From positions 3,325-67,324 of the forward strand of contig JBBSEY010000001.1 of the NCBI GenBank assembly GCA_038239265.1: DNA of 64,000 nucleotides, in the 5' to 3' direction. This DNA is from Gemmatimonadales bacterium. GTDB lineage: Bacteria; Gemmatimonadota; Gemmatimonadetes; Gemmatimonadales; Gemmatimonadaceae. This document shows, piece after piece, positions 27,538 to 36,678 of this stretch. A program made the translations under genes and the position numbers. The first letter of the stretch is position 1; every line of letters begins with the position of its first letter. The notes beneath the pieces were generated by a model. The model was not told where the DNA came from. It saw only the letters and a program-made list of their open reading frames with translations, and ran no database searches.

Positions 27538-29799
27538 ATGAAGCGCACAGCAGGAGTTTGTCTTGGAGTGGTCCTGGCGCTGGCAGCGTGCAGCGAGGGA
27601 ACGGGGCCCGGCAACAACAGCAACAACAACAAGATCGCCCAGAAGTCGCGCATCCACGCCGCAGCCGACGGGGTGATCGGACAGGCCACGAACGGATTCT
27701 ATTCCGTCTTCGTCAATCAGCTGCCGGCCGCTGGCATAGGCCAGTACACGGTGATGACCGGTCCGCAGCATCCGGTGACGATCTCCACCGGATCGCCGAA
27801 GAATGTGATCTTCGGTGACGGCAGCCCGGGCACGTCGTACAATACGATTCACTCGTACACGACGAATACCGACTACATCAACGATGTCACCGGAAGGTCC
27901 GGACCCGGACTCTTCGTTCTCGACCCGACACACGCCGGCGTCACCGCGACGAGCGTGCCGCTCGGCTCGACCGGCTTTCGCACGACGTACACGCTCACCG
28001 GTCCTCCAAACACGCCGGACAAGCTCACGATCGTGGAAGACGTGAGTACGCACGGCACCACGTTCGAGACGTCCAACGTGGAAGTAACGACGACGGTGAC
28101 GAACACCGGCGCGTCGAACGTCTCGGTCGGCATTCGCTATCTGTGGGACGTGCAGATCGGTGAAGATGATGGTCCGACCTTCCAGCAGCTGAGCCCCGAT
28201 GCGGCGGTGACCCACACCGAGGCGAGCTTCACGACGCCTTCCTTCGGATTCTTCCGCATTCAGGACAACAACAGCAACCATCCCACTCCGCTGTTCAGCG
28301 TCTTCGGCACGGTCACGCAGCCGAGCACGATCACGCCGGTTCCAACGCCTCCCGACCTCCTCCAGAACGTGTCGTGGCCGGATGCGTCGGGAGTTCCATT
28401 CGCGTACACGACGACGTCGTCGCTGAACGTCTCCGACTCGACCGGCTCCATCGACGACAATGCGGTGCTCTACTTCTGGGGCCGGAACGCGGCGAACGCG
28501 ATCGTGCTCGGGCCCAATGCGTCGCGCACCGTGTCGCAGTCGCTCGTCTCCGCGCAGGCGGATGCCCCGCCGCCGTTCAACCAGAATCCGGTGGCGCACA
28601 TCACGTCGCCGGCCAACAACGCGTCGTTCGCCGAGGGTGCATCGGTGAGCTTCGCCGGCACGGGCACCGATCCGGAAGACGGCACGTTGACGGGTGCGTC
28701 GCTGGTGTGGACGGATGGCGCCACACAGATCGGCACGGGCACGTCGTTCGCGCTCGCGACGCTTGCGGTGGGCACGCATACGATCACGCTCACGGTAACG
28801 GACAGCAAGGGCGCCAAGGGGACGGCGACGGTGACCATCGTGATCACGGGTGCGGTCGTCGATCAACCGCCGACGGCTGCGATCTCGTCGCCCGCAAACA
28901 ACGCGTCGTTCGTGCAGGGTGCGTCGGTGAGCTTCGCAGGCACGGGGCACGATCCCGAGGACGGCACGCTCACGGGCGCTTCGCTCGTGTGGACGGACGG
29001 CGCCACGCAAATCGGAACGGGCACGTCGTTCTCGCTCACGACGCTCTCCGTGGGCTCGCACGTCGTCACGCTGACCGCAACCGACAGCAAGGGACATCAC
29101 GGCACCGCGACGGTCACGATCGTCGTCACCGCGCCGGCGCAGAATCAGGCGCCGACGGCGAGCATTACCTCTCCGAGCGCGAATGGAGCGTTTGCGCCGG
29201 GAAGCTCGATACTGTTCGCAGGCACGGGGCACGATGCGGAAGATGGGACGCTCTCCGGCGCATCCCTGGTGTGGACGGACAACGTGTCCGGGCAGATCGG
29301 CACGGGTACCTCGTTCTCGCTCGCGACACTCGCGGGCGGTCCACACACCATCACGCTCACCGCGACGGACTCCAAGGGTGCGCACGGAACGGCGACCGTG
29401 AGCATGACGATTGCCTTCAGTCAGGCGATCGGCTCCGCTGGCGGCTCGCTCTGCGTGGAGTCGTGTCACCTTTCCCTGTTCTTCCCTGAAGGCGCGCTGT
29501 CCTCGACGACGACGTTCTTCGTCTGGACGACGCCGGCTCCCACGCCGCTCGCCGGGATCATCGGCAACACCGCGTACGTGGTGGCACCCGCGGTCACGTT
29601 CGCGGCCACGGGCGAATTGGGAATCAACTACGATCCCGCGACGCTGCCTTCGGGCGTCAGCGAGAGCTCGCTGAGACTCTACCGGTACGTTGCCGGAAGC
29701 TGGCAGCTGATCCCGTTGGGCGGAGTGAACACGACTTCGCACATCGTCTATGCGCCGGTCAGCAGCACGGGGATCTTCGCGGTGGTCGGTACGCCGTAA
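27538..29799 (+). CDS. lipoprotein with three tandem PKD/Ig-like repeats
   Basis: ATG 27538, MKRTAGVCLGVVLALAACSEG (lipobox LAAC). The N-terminal ~340 aa domain is unassigned. Three 94-aa repeats follow with DPEDGTL..ASLVWTD...TDSKG..GTATVTIV. The C-terminal ~125 aa form a beta-rich domain. Confidence 0.8.
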   Translation: MKRTAGVCLGVVLALAACSEGTGPGNNSNNNKIAQKSRIHAAADGVIGQATNGFYSVFVNQLPAAGIGQYTVMTGPQHPVTISTGSPKNVIFGDGSPGTSYNTIHSYTTNTDYINDVTGRSGPGLFVLDPTHAGVTATSVPLGSTGFRTTYTLTGPPNTPDKLTIVEDVSTHGTTFETSNVEVTTTVTNTGASNVSVGIRYLWDVQIGEDDGPTFQQLSPDAAVTHTEASFTTPSFGFFRIQDNNSNHPTPLFSVFGTVTQPSTITPVPTPPDLLQNVSWPDASGVPFAYTTTSSLNVSDSTGSIDDNAVLYFWGRNAANAIVLGPNASRTVSQSLVSAQADAPPPFNQNPVAHITSPANNASFAEGASVSFAGTGTDPEDGTLTGASLVWTDGATQIGTGTSFALATLAVGTHTITLTVTDSKGAKGTATVTIVITGAVVDQPPTAAISSPANNASFVQGASVSFAGTGHDPEDGTLTGASLVWTDGATQIGTGTSFSLTTLSVGSHVVTLTATDSKGHHGTATVTIVVTAPAQNQAPTASITSPSANGAFAPGSSILFAGTGHDAEDGTLSGASLVWTDNVSGQIGTGTSFSLATLAGGPHTITLTATDSKGAHGTATVSMTIAFSQAIGSAGGSLCVESCHLSLFFPEGALSSTTTFFVWTTPAPTPLAGIIGNTAYVVAPAVTFAATGELGINYDPATLPSGVSESSLRLYRYVAGSWQLIPLGGVNTTSHIVYAPVSSTGIFAVVGTP
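28579..29424 (+). repeat. three in-frame tandem copies of a ~282-bp unit (coding PKD-like domains)
   Basis: Units start at 28579, 28861 and 29143. Long stretches are near-identical between units 1 and 2 (e.g. GACGGCACG.T.ACGGG.GC.TCGCT.GTGTGGACGGA.GGCGCCAC.CA.ATCGG.ACGGGCACGTCGTTC). Confidence 0.9.
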
Positions 29800-29818
29800 C
29801 GACGCACGTTGCTGGAGT

Positions 29819-29862
29819 CGAAGAGGCCGGAGAATCGAGAGATTCGCCGGCCTCTTCGTTTG
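29819..29862 (+). terminator. rho-independent terminator after the PKD lipoprotein gene
   Basis: Perfect 12-bp stem CGAAGAGGCCGG / CCGGCCTCTTCG with an inner GAATC/GATTC stem, followed by TTTG. Confidence 0.75.
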
Positions 29863-29899
29863 CATGCTCTCGCCGGCAACTGCGAGCGGAAAGAGCGCT

Positions 29900-30511
29900 C
29901 TACCAGACCGCCAGCAGCACGATGTCGGCGAGGAGCGCGATCAGCTGCCCGGCCAGCACGTCGCCGGGATAGTGGACACCGAGACGTACGCGTGAGAAGC
30001 CCACGGCCACCGCGACGATCATCAGCGCAACGGCGTAGCTCGGAAACGCTGCCACATACATGAACGCCACCGACATCGCTGCCGTGGCATGTCCCGAGGG
30101 AAACGAGAAGCAGCGCGGCTCGGCGACCAGCGTGTCGCATTGAACGCGGCTCGATGGACGCGGTCGTTCGACGCTTCGCTTGACGAGCTGTACCATCGCG
30201 TGCGAGAGCGATAGTCCCGCTAGCGCATGCAGTGCGGCCGCCCGCACCGAACCTTCGATAAGGAGCGGCGCAGCGGCCGCGATAACGCTTGCCCACAGAT
30301 CGCCCGCATGAGTGACGATCACCCACATGGCGCGCGAGGCGCGGGAGCACGGGCGCCCCGAGAGCGTCATCCGCAGAAACAGAGCGCGATCGCGGGCGTC
30401 GAGGCGCGCGAGGGGAGATGCTGTGGACACGTGTTCCTCCGATGGAGGTACGTCTACAAGCTCATCCGTCTCCATGACGTGCGTCCGTTGATTGCGTCCC
30501 GAACGCGTCAC
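29900..30511 (-). CDS. PAP2-family phosphatase (membrane)
   Basis: 203 aa with the three PAP2 motifs: KRSVERPRP, PSGH, SRVRLGVHYPGD. Confidence 0.85.
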   Translation of the reverse strand: MTRSGRNQRTHVMETDELVDVPPSEEHVSTASPLARLDARDRALFLRMTLSGRPCSRASRAMWVIVTHAGDLWASVIAAAAPLLIEGSVRAAALHALAGLSLSHAMVQLVKRSVERPRPSSRVQCDTLVAEPRCFSFPSGHATAAMSVAFMYVAAFPSYAVALMIVAVAVGFSRVRLGVHYPGDVLAGQLIALLADIVLLAVW

Positions 30512-30610
30512 GCCGTGCGCGCTCTACTGCTCGTTTCCCGTTACGTCACGGCCGTGCGTACGTGACACCGGACCACAATCGTTCGGGAACGGCAACCGGA
30601 GTGAACCGCG

Positions 30611-31834
30611 ATGCGCGTGTTGTATTGCACCGACACCTATCCGCCGCAGGTGAACGGGGTATCCGTCGTGACCGCTCTCTCCGTCGCCGGGCTGGTCGAG
30701 CGAGGATGGGAATGCGCGGTGGTCGCTCCCAGATATCCAGCGAGCATGCGCAGCACGTTCAGCGCGGATGGCAGAGGCGGAACATGGGAGCAGGAGTTGA
30801 CGACGCTCGCGAGCATCCCGATGCCGGGCTACGCCGAAACGCGGCTCTGCGCTCCGGACTACTTCGCTGTGTCGCGTGCCGTGCGCCGCTTCAACCCCGA
30901 CCTCGTGCATTGTGAAACGGAGTTCATGGCCGGACGACTGGGACAAATCGCAGGAGCCCGCGCCGGAATTCCGACGGTATCCTCGTACCACACCGACTTC
31001 GCGAAATACACGGCTGCGTATGGCGTCCCACGCCTCGAGCGATCGGTCTCTCGTTACATCGCCCGCTTTCACAAGCGTGCGCTGCGAACCTACACGCCGT
31101 CGGCGCCCGCTCGAAACTATCTGCTCTCGATCGGAGTCAAGGAAGTGGAGATCTGGGGGCGCGGCGTCGAGACAACCGCGCTGGGACCTCATCGACGGTC
31201 GAAGCCGCTCCGCGCCTTGCTCGGTGCCGATTGCAAATTCGTCTTTCTCTACGCGGGCAGGCTCGCCGCCGAGAAGGGTGTAGACGTCATCCTCCGCGCA
31301 TTCGCACTGGCGAGGCAGGCTCTCCCCGCAGGGGCAATTCACCTCGTCATCGCGGGCGGCGGTCCACTGGAATCCCAGCTTCGCGCGAGCGCGTCAGCGG
31401 ACATGAGCTTTCTCGGCTACCTCGACCGCAATCGCTCGCTGCCCGAGCTGTACGCGAGCTCCGACGCGTTTCTGTTTTCCTCCACCACCGAGACGCTCGG
31501 TCTCGTCGTGCTCGAAGCGATGGCGAGCGGGCTCCCCGTGATCGCAACGCCCGCGGGCGGAGTTGCCGATCACCTTCGCGATGACGAGAACGGACTCACC
31601 TATCCCCCGCAGGATGCGCCGGCGATGGCGGCGCAGATGATACGCCTGGCGCAGGACCCAGCGCTCGTCGCTCGTCTCGGCGCAGGGGCTCTGCGCACCG
31701 CCGCAGGGTTGAGCTGGGAGTCCGAGTACGACCGCCTGGACGTGAGCTACAGGGAGCTCATCGACGGCCCGACGCGCGGCGAACGCCAGGCCGTAGACTC
31801 ACTTGAGCCGGTGGCGGAGCAGCTTTCGGGTTAA
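30611..31834 (+). CDS. GT4-family glycosyltransferase
   Basis: 407 aa. N-terminal MRVLYCTDTYPPQVNGVS and C-terminal ETLGLVVLEAMASGLPVIAT (EX7E region). Confidence 0.9.
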   Translation: MRVLYCTDTYPPQVNGVSVVTALSVAGLVERGWECAVVAPRYPASMRSTFSADGRGGTWEQELTTLASIPMPGYAETRLCAPDYFAVSRAVRRFNPDLVHCETEFMAGRLGQIAGARAGIPTVSSYHTDFAKYTAAYGVPRLERSVSRYIARFHKRALRTYTPSAPARNYLLSIGVKEVEIWGRGVETTALGPHRRSKPLRALLGADCKFVFLYAGRLAAEKGVDVILRAFALARQALPAGAIHLVIAGGGPLESQLRASASADMSFLGYLDRNRSLPELYASSDAFLFSSTTETLGLVVLEAMASGLPVIATPAGGVADHLRDDENGLTYPPQDAPAMAAQMIRLAQDPALVARLGAGALRTAAGLSWESEYDRLDVSYRELIDGPTRGERQAVDSLEPVAEQLSG

Positions 31835-31845
31835 ACAAGCGCTAA

Positions 31846-31900
31846 TGTCCATTGTCTGTCCAGCCTGAGCCTTGACATACTCTGGACATCCGATGAGATT
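31846..31900 (+). promoter_or_regulatory. candidate promoter/operator of the CarH-like gene
   Basis: TTGACA (31872-31877), 17-nt spacer, GAGATT (31895-31900), then only 6 nt to the ATG. Hexamers T(T/G)GACA sit at 31872 and 31883 (11-bp phasing). Inverted copies TGTCCA sit at 31846 and 31857 (11-bp phasing). Confidence 0.4.
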
Positions 31901-31906
31901 ACGGGG

Positions 31907-32860
31907 ATGGCGACCTCTACATCACCCCTCAAACTCGACCACCGCCATCCCATCGCCGTGGTGGCGGAGCGCACCGGGCTGTCGCAGGATGTGCTGCGCG
32001 TCTGGGAGCGCAGATACGGCGTCGTCTCCCCCGTGCGCGCATCGTCGGGACTTCGCCTCTACACCGATGACGATGTGCACCGTCTCCTGCTCATTCAGTC
32101 TGCCATGCGCGGCGGGCGGAGCATCGGCCGCGTCGCCAGGCTTCCCAATGAGTCCCTTGCAGCGCTCGTGGTGGACGACGATGCCGCACGCAAACAGCGC
32201 GCGCCTGCGAATTTTCCGAGCTACGATCCCGACGATGTCGTCGGCGCATCGCTGGAGCTCGCGCGATTGCTCGATGCTGCAGCGCTCGACGAAGGGCTGC
32301 GGCGCGCCGCGGTCGTAATGGGAATGCCTGTCTTTCTCGAGAGTGTGGCGGCTCCACTGCTACGCCGCGTCGGCGACGAGTGGCACGCAGGGCGTCTCTC
32401 CCCCGCGCACGAGCATCTCGTCACGTCGTCGCTCCACGACATCGTGATGGCGATGATGCGCGCGTTCACCCATCGACCCGATGCGCCCACGGCGCTCGTC
32501 TCCACCCTCGCTGGAGAACGCCACGTGATCGGCGCCGCTCTCGTCGGTGCCTCCGCCGCGCTCGAAGGGTGGAACGTCCTCTACCTCGGCGCGAATCTCC
32601 CGGCGGCGGAGATCGCGGAGGCGGCGAGCGCCGCCGGCGCGGTGCTCGTTGCGGTGAGCATCGTGTACTCGGAGGACAGCGGGAGAGTGCTGAGCGAGAT
32701 GCGCGATCTGCGGGCGCGAATCCCGAACGCGGTAATGGTCCTCGCGGGCGGTGCTGGCGCCGCGTCGCTCCGCGGCGAGCTCACGGCAATCGGAGTGCGC
32801 GTCGAGTCGAGCGTGGCCGGGCTTCTCGCGGAGCTTCGCTCGGACGACGACGCCGAGTAA
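31907..32860 (+). CDS. MerR-family regulator with cobalamin-binding domain (CarH/LitR-type)
   Basis: N-terminal MerR HTH (IAVVAERTGLSQDVLRVWERRYG). W-x9-EH motif DEWHAGRLSPAHEH (32381-32416). B12 lower-ligand motif ExHxxG as GERHVIG (32516-32533), in a Rossmann-like C-terminal domain. Confidence 0.8.
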   Translation: MATSTSPLKLDHRHPIAVVAERTGLSQDVLRVWERRYGVVSPVRASSGLRLYTDDDVHRLLLIQSAMRGGRSIGRVARLPNESLAALVVDDDAARKQRAPANFPSYDPDDVVGASLELARLLDAAALDEGLRRAAVVMGMPVFLESVAAPLLRRVGDEWHAGRLSPAHEHLVTSSLHDIVMAMMRAFTHRPDAPTALVSTLAGERHVIGAALVGASAALEGWNVLYLGANLPAAEIAEAASAAGAVLVAVSIVYSEDSGRVLSEMRDLRARIPNAVMVLAGGAGAASLRGELTAIGVRVESSVAGLLAELRSDDDAE

Positions 32861-32908
32861 CGATCCGCGGATGCGACCGGCTCGACCGGGCGATCGATTC
32901 GAGCGTCA

Positions 32909-34333
32909 TCATCCTGCCGGCGCAAGCTGGTATTGCTCGAGCTTCCCATCCGGCATCTCGTACGTCCACACCCGGACCGTACGACTCGCGAAGGTAACCC
33001 GGTAGATCCGCTCGAGCATCCCTCCGCGCTCGTGCTGCGCGGTTTGCGCGAACGCAGTTGGCGCGCCGAGCGGACCGAGGGTGGACTGAAAGTCGGCGAG
33101 CGCCTGCGCGCTGAAGTAGGCGCTCGCATCCGCGGTGAGCTGTGAGCGATCGACCGTGCCGCGCTGCAGCCCCTCGAAGATCGCTCGCGCGCGCGCAGTA
33201 CGACTCTGCGTATCGGCATCCTCGTTCGTGAACAGCGTGCGACCGATCGCCGCCGCGATCAGCCCCGATGCCGGCGCGGCGTCCTGATTCGTGAGCACGA
33301 TGACCGCTGCGCTGTCCTCCGGATACACGATGTTTTCCGCCGTGAAGCCCGCGACCTCTCCGCTGTGTGCGATCGTGCGGTGCCCGCCCGACATGTCGAC
33401 ATCGACCCCGAGCCCGTAGTTGGTGCCGACGCCATTCTCGAGAAGCACCGTCGTCTCCATCGCGCGATACGACGCCGGCGAGAGCAGCGACTGCTCGATC
33501 ATCGCGATGTCCCACTTCGCGAGATCGCTCGCGGTCATCGCGAGCTCGCCTGCGCCGTACATCCACCCAGGTCCCGTCGACGTCGCGGGGTGGAGTGGTC
33601 CGAGGCCGTAGCGCATGTAGCCTACGGGTTGCACGGCCGTCGGCCCAAGGGCGTCGAAGTCGACTGCCGACGCGATGCGAAGTGGATCGAGGATGCGCGA
33701 ACGAACGAACTGGAAGAAGCCCTTGCCGCTCACCTTCTCCACGATGAGCGCCGCGATCTCGAAGTTCGTATTGCTGTACTGCCACCGCGTGCCCGGCTCG
33801 AAGTCGAGCGGCTGCTTCGCCCAATGATCGAGGATCGCCTGGGGTGTGATCGCCTTCTCCATCGCAGGAGGCACGTAGTCCTGCGGCCAGAAGTCCTGGT
33901 AGCCGGAGGTGTGGGAGAGCAGCTGGCGAATCGTGACATCGCTGCCGCGCGTGAGGCCGGGGAGGTATCGGGATACGGGATCCTCGAGCGTCAGCTTCCC
34001 GTCCTGCTGCAGCAGGAGGATGCACGCGGCTGTGAACTGCTTGCTGATGGACCCGATGCCGTAGCGCATGTCGGGCGTTGCCGCGAGATGCGGCTCGAGC
34101 TTGGCGACGCCATACGCCTGCGCGTACGCGAGCCGTCCGTGCGTCACGACTGCGACCGTCGCGCTCGGAACTCCGGTGGCGGCGAGCACGGCCCCGGCGA
34201 TCGAGTCGACTTGCGCGGAGAGACGTGCGGGCGCGCCCTGCGCCGAGGTGCGGAGAGGGGTGGCGACGAGCACGACGAGGAGCAGTGAACGAAAGGAGGA
34301 CATGCGGAGATGCGGAGTGTGGAGTGACAGCAA
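32909..34333 (-). CDS. serine hydrolase, class C beta-lactamase/PBP fold
   Basis: 474 aa with a signal peptide. SxxK motif SISKQF and YxN motif YSNTNF. Confidence 0.85.
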   Translation of the reverse strand: MLSLHTPHLRMSSFRSLLLVVLVATPLRTSAQGAPARLSAQVDSIAGAVLAATGVPSATVAVVTHGRLAYAQAYGVAKLEPHLAATPDMRYGIGSISKQFTAACILLLQQDGKLTLEDPVSRYLPGLTRGSDVTIRQLLSHTSGYQDFWPQDYVPPAMEKAITPQAILDHWAKQPLDFEPGTRWQYSNTNFEIAALIVEKVSGKGFFQFVRSRILDPLRIASAVDFDALGPTAVQPVGYMRYGLGPLHPATSTGPGWMYGAGELAMTASDLAKWDIAMIEQSLLSPASYRAMETTVLLENGVGTNYGLGVDVDMSGGHRTIAHSGEVAGFTAENIVYPEDSAAVIVLTNQDAAPASGLIAAAIGRTLFTNEDADTQSRTARARAIFEGLQRGTVDRSQLTADASAYFSAQALADFQSTLGPLGAPTAFAQTAQHERGGMLERIYRVTFASRTVRVWTYEMPDGKLEQYQLAPAG

Positions 34334-34372
34334 TCGAAGTGGGCGGCGAGGTGAGCGTCGCGCGTGCTCACA

Positions 34373-35539
34373 CTAGCGCAGTGCCTGGATGACCGGCATG
34401 CGCGACGCGCGGCGCGCGGGGAAGAAGCCGCCGACCAGCCCCATGACGACCGCAAAGATGATTCCGGCAGCGAGCAGCTGCGGAGTGACGCGAAAGGCGA
34501 ATGCGATCTCGCTGAAGCTCGCCCAGTTCGTCGTGCTCGTCACGACTCCGTTGATGGGGAGCGCGAGCAGGCACCCGATGATACCACCCGCGAGGGCGAT
34601 CACCGCAGACTCGGCGAGAAAGCTCGCGAGCACGCTGCGCGGCGGAAAGCCGAGGGTCAGCAGTACCGCGATCTCGGGGATGCGCGAGCTCACCGCTGCA
34701 TACATCGTGTTCACCGCCCCGAACACGGCGCCCACGGCCATGATCGAGGTGATCATGATTGCGAGAAAGCGAAGGATGTTGCCGAGCAGCTGCGATTGAT
34801 TCGCATAAAACTCGGACTCGCGGTGCGCGTCGACCTGCAGTCGCTGATCCGCGAGAAATGCGCGCTTCGCATCCTCGAACGCCGCGGGATCCTTGAGCCG
34901 GAACGCCACATCCTGAAAGGAGGTGCCGCGGAAGACGCCCTGAAACTGCTCGTTCTCACCCCAGATCTCCGATTCGAAGCTCGACCCGTCGGCCGTGAAG
35001 CGGCAGACGACGGTCCAGTTCCTGTTGGAGAAGCGGAGCACGTCGCCGACGTTCACGTTGGCGAACCGGCCGGCGAGCTTGGCGCCGACGCAGATCTCGC
35101 TCTGACCGGATGCGAAGCGGCGCCCCTGTACGATTTTGATGTTGCGACGAACCTCGAATGCCTTGGCCGACACTCCACGCGCGACGACGTTGGCGACCGC
35201 GAACGCATCGCCGCCGAGTCGCGGGATGTTGATCACGATATACGTTTCCGGACTCACGAGCGGACGGCCATCGGCGCCCGTGGCAATGTGCGGCGACGCA
35301 CTGATGATGCCGATCGCGTCTCGAGGAATTCCGCTCGAGAGCTCGCTGTCGGCGCCGCGGCGCAGCAGGAGCACGTTGTCCGCGGATCCCGTCTTCGTGA
35401 GGGCGGCGACGAAGCCGTTCGCGAGCGCGAGCATCGCGACGAACACCGCCACGACCAGGCCGATGCCGAGCGCCGTGAGCGCCGTCGATACGGGGCGCTG
35501 CGTCACACTGCGCAGATTGTAGACGAGCGGGATCTTCAT
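34373..35539 (-). CDS. ABC transporter permease, FtsX/MacB-type
   Basis: ATG 35539 (MKIPLVYNLRSV) overlaps the upstream TGA. Topology is TM, large periplasmic domain, then 3 TM. The C-terminus FFPARRASRMPVIQALR is typical of FtsX-like permeases. Confidence 0.85.
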   Translation of the reverse strand: MKIPLVYNLRSVTQRPVSTALTALGIGLVVAVFVAMLALANGFVAALTKTGSADNVLLLRRGADSELSSGIPRDAIGIISASPHIATGADGRPLVSPETYIVINIPRLGGDAFAVANVVARGVSAKAFEVRRNIKIVQGRRFASGQSEICVGAKLAGRFANVNVGDVLRFSNRNWTVVCRFTADGSSFESEIWGENEQFQGVFRGTSFQDVAFRLKDPAAFEDAKRAFLADQRLQVDAHRESEFYANQSQLLGNILRFLAIMITSIMAVGAVFGAVNTMYAAVSSRIPEIAVLLTLGFPPRSVLASFLAESAVIALAGGIIGCLLALPINGVVTSTTNWASFSEIAFAFRVTPQLLAAGIIFAVVMGLVGGFFPARRASRMPVIQALR

Positions 35540-36678
35540 TCGACTCTCCGGAGCGCCTGCACCACAGGCAGGCGCGCAGCCTGCCACGCGGGGAAGACGC
35601 CGCTGGCGATCGTGAGCAGCAGCGCGACGGCGATGCCGAAGAGCATGGTGCTGGGTGCCACGTGGAATCCCGGCAGAAACCCGCCCTCGCCGAAGCCGGT
35701 GGCGAGCGGGAGGAGCACCGCGGCGCCGAGTCCGAGCGCCGCACCGGTGAGCGAGATGACCGCGGCTTCGATGATGATGAGAGTGAAGACCGTGCGGTCG
35801 GAGAAGCCGACCGTCTTCATCACCGCCACCTCGGACGTGCGCTCGCGCTGATTCATCATCATCGCGTTCGCGGTGACGAGGAGGATCGCGAAGACGACCG
35901 CCATCCCGATCGTTCCCATGAGCAGCTTCACATTCCCCCACATGCTGGCGAATCCGGAGGCGAATGCCTTCTCCGTTCCGGTCTTTGTGGGTGCGCTCGA
36001 GTTGCGAAACTGATCGTCGATGGTCCTCGCCACTGCCGGTGCCGCCGTGGGGTCATCGATCTGCATGATGTACCACCCCGGCGTGACACGATCGGGATAC
36101 TTCTCATACAGATAGTCGTAGTGGAACATGAACTGATCGTCGCCGTACTCCTTCACGGTGGGGTGATAGATCCCGCGGATGGTGAACGTCCAGTCGCCGG
36201 GGAAGATCGTCCCCTGAATGGTGACGTTGTCACCGACCTTCCATCCGAAGGAGCGCACCAGCCCTTCGCCGATGACGGCTGCCGAGCGCTCCTTGAGAAA
36301 GGCCTGCTTTTCGTCTTCGGGAATCTGGAGCTCCGGATACATCGCGAGGTAGGTGGCGGGGTCGATTGCGAACTGGGCGAAGAATTTCTTGCCATCCCCG
36401 TACTTGCCGCCGAACCAGTTCGCCCACGTCACCGCCTTCACGTGCGGCACCGAGGTGAGCCGTGCAGCGTAGCTCATCGGCAGCGGGATCACAAAGGCCG
36501 TGGAGTTTTGCACGATCATGCGCGATGCGCTGCTCACCTCCGAGCCGGCGTTGAGCGTGGTCACGACGCTGCGTAGCGACGCGAACAGAAAGAGCGCGAG
36601 CGCAACGCTGAGCGTCGTGAGCACCGTGCGCAGCTTGTGCCGCTTGAGGTTCGCGAGAACGAGCGGGAGGAATTTCAT
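35536..36678 (-). CDS. ABC transporter permease, FtsX/MacB-type
   Basis: 380 aa with the same architecture. N-terminal MKFLPLVLANLKRHKLRT and C-terminal VFPAWQAARLPVVQALR. Confidence 0.85.
   Translation of the reverse strand: MKFLPLVLANLKRHKLRTVLTTLSVALALFLFASLRSVVTTLNAGSEVSSASRMIVQNSTAFVIPLPMSYAARLTSVPHVKAVTWANWFGGKYGDGKKFFAQFAIDPATYLAMYPELQIPEDEKQAFLKERSAAVIGEGLVRSFGWKVGDNVTIQGTIFPGDWTFTIRGIYHPTVKEYGDDQFMFHYDYLYEKYPDRVTPGWYIMQIDDPTAAPAVARTIDDQFRNSSAPTKTGTEKAFASGFASMWGNVKLLMGTIGMAVVFAILLVTANAMMMNQRERTSEVAVMKTVGFSDRTVFTLIIIEAAVISLTGAALGLGAAVLLPLATGFGEGGFLPGFHVAPSTMLFGIAVALLLTIASGVFPAWQAARLPVVQALRRVE

Noticed and set aside
28579-29424. Tandem repeats considered as a possible CRISPR array or satellite
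   Set aside because: The units are 282 bp, directly abutting without spacers, in frame, and encode a conserved protein module. No cas genes are present in the window.
27451-29865. 804-aa ORF on the - strand
   Set aside because: It is antisense to the PKD-repeat lipoprotein gene. It is extremely Arg-rich (runs of RRR/RER) and has no domain-like pattern. Its internal repeats merely mirror the sense-strand repeats.
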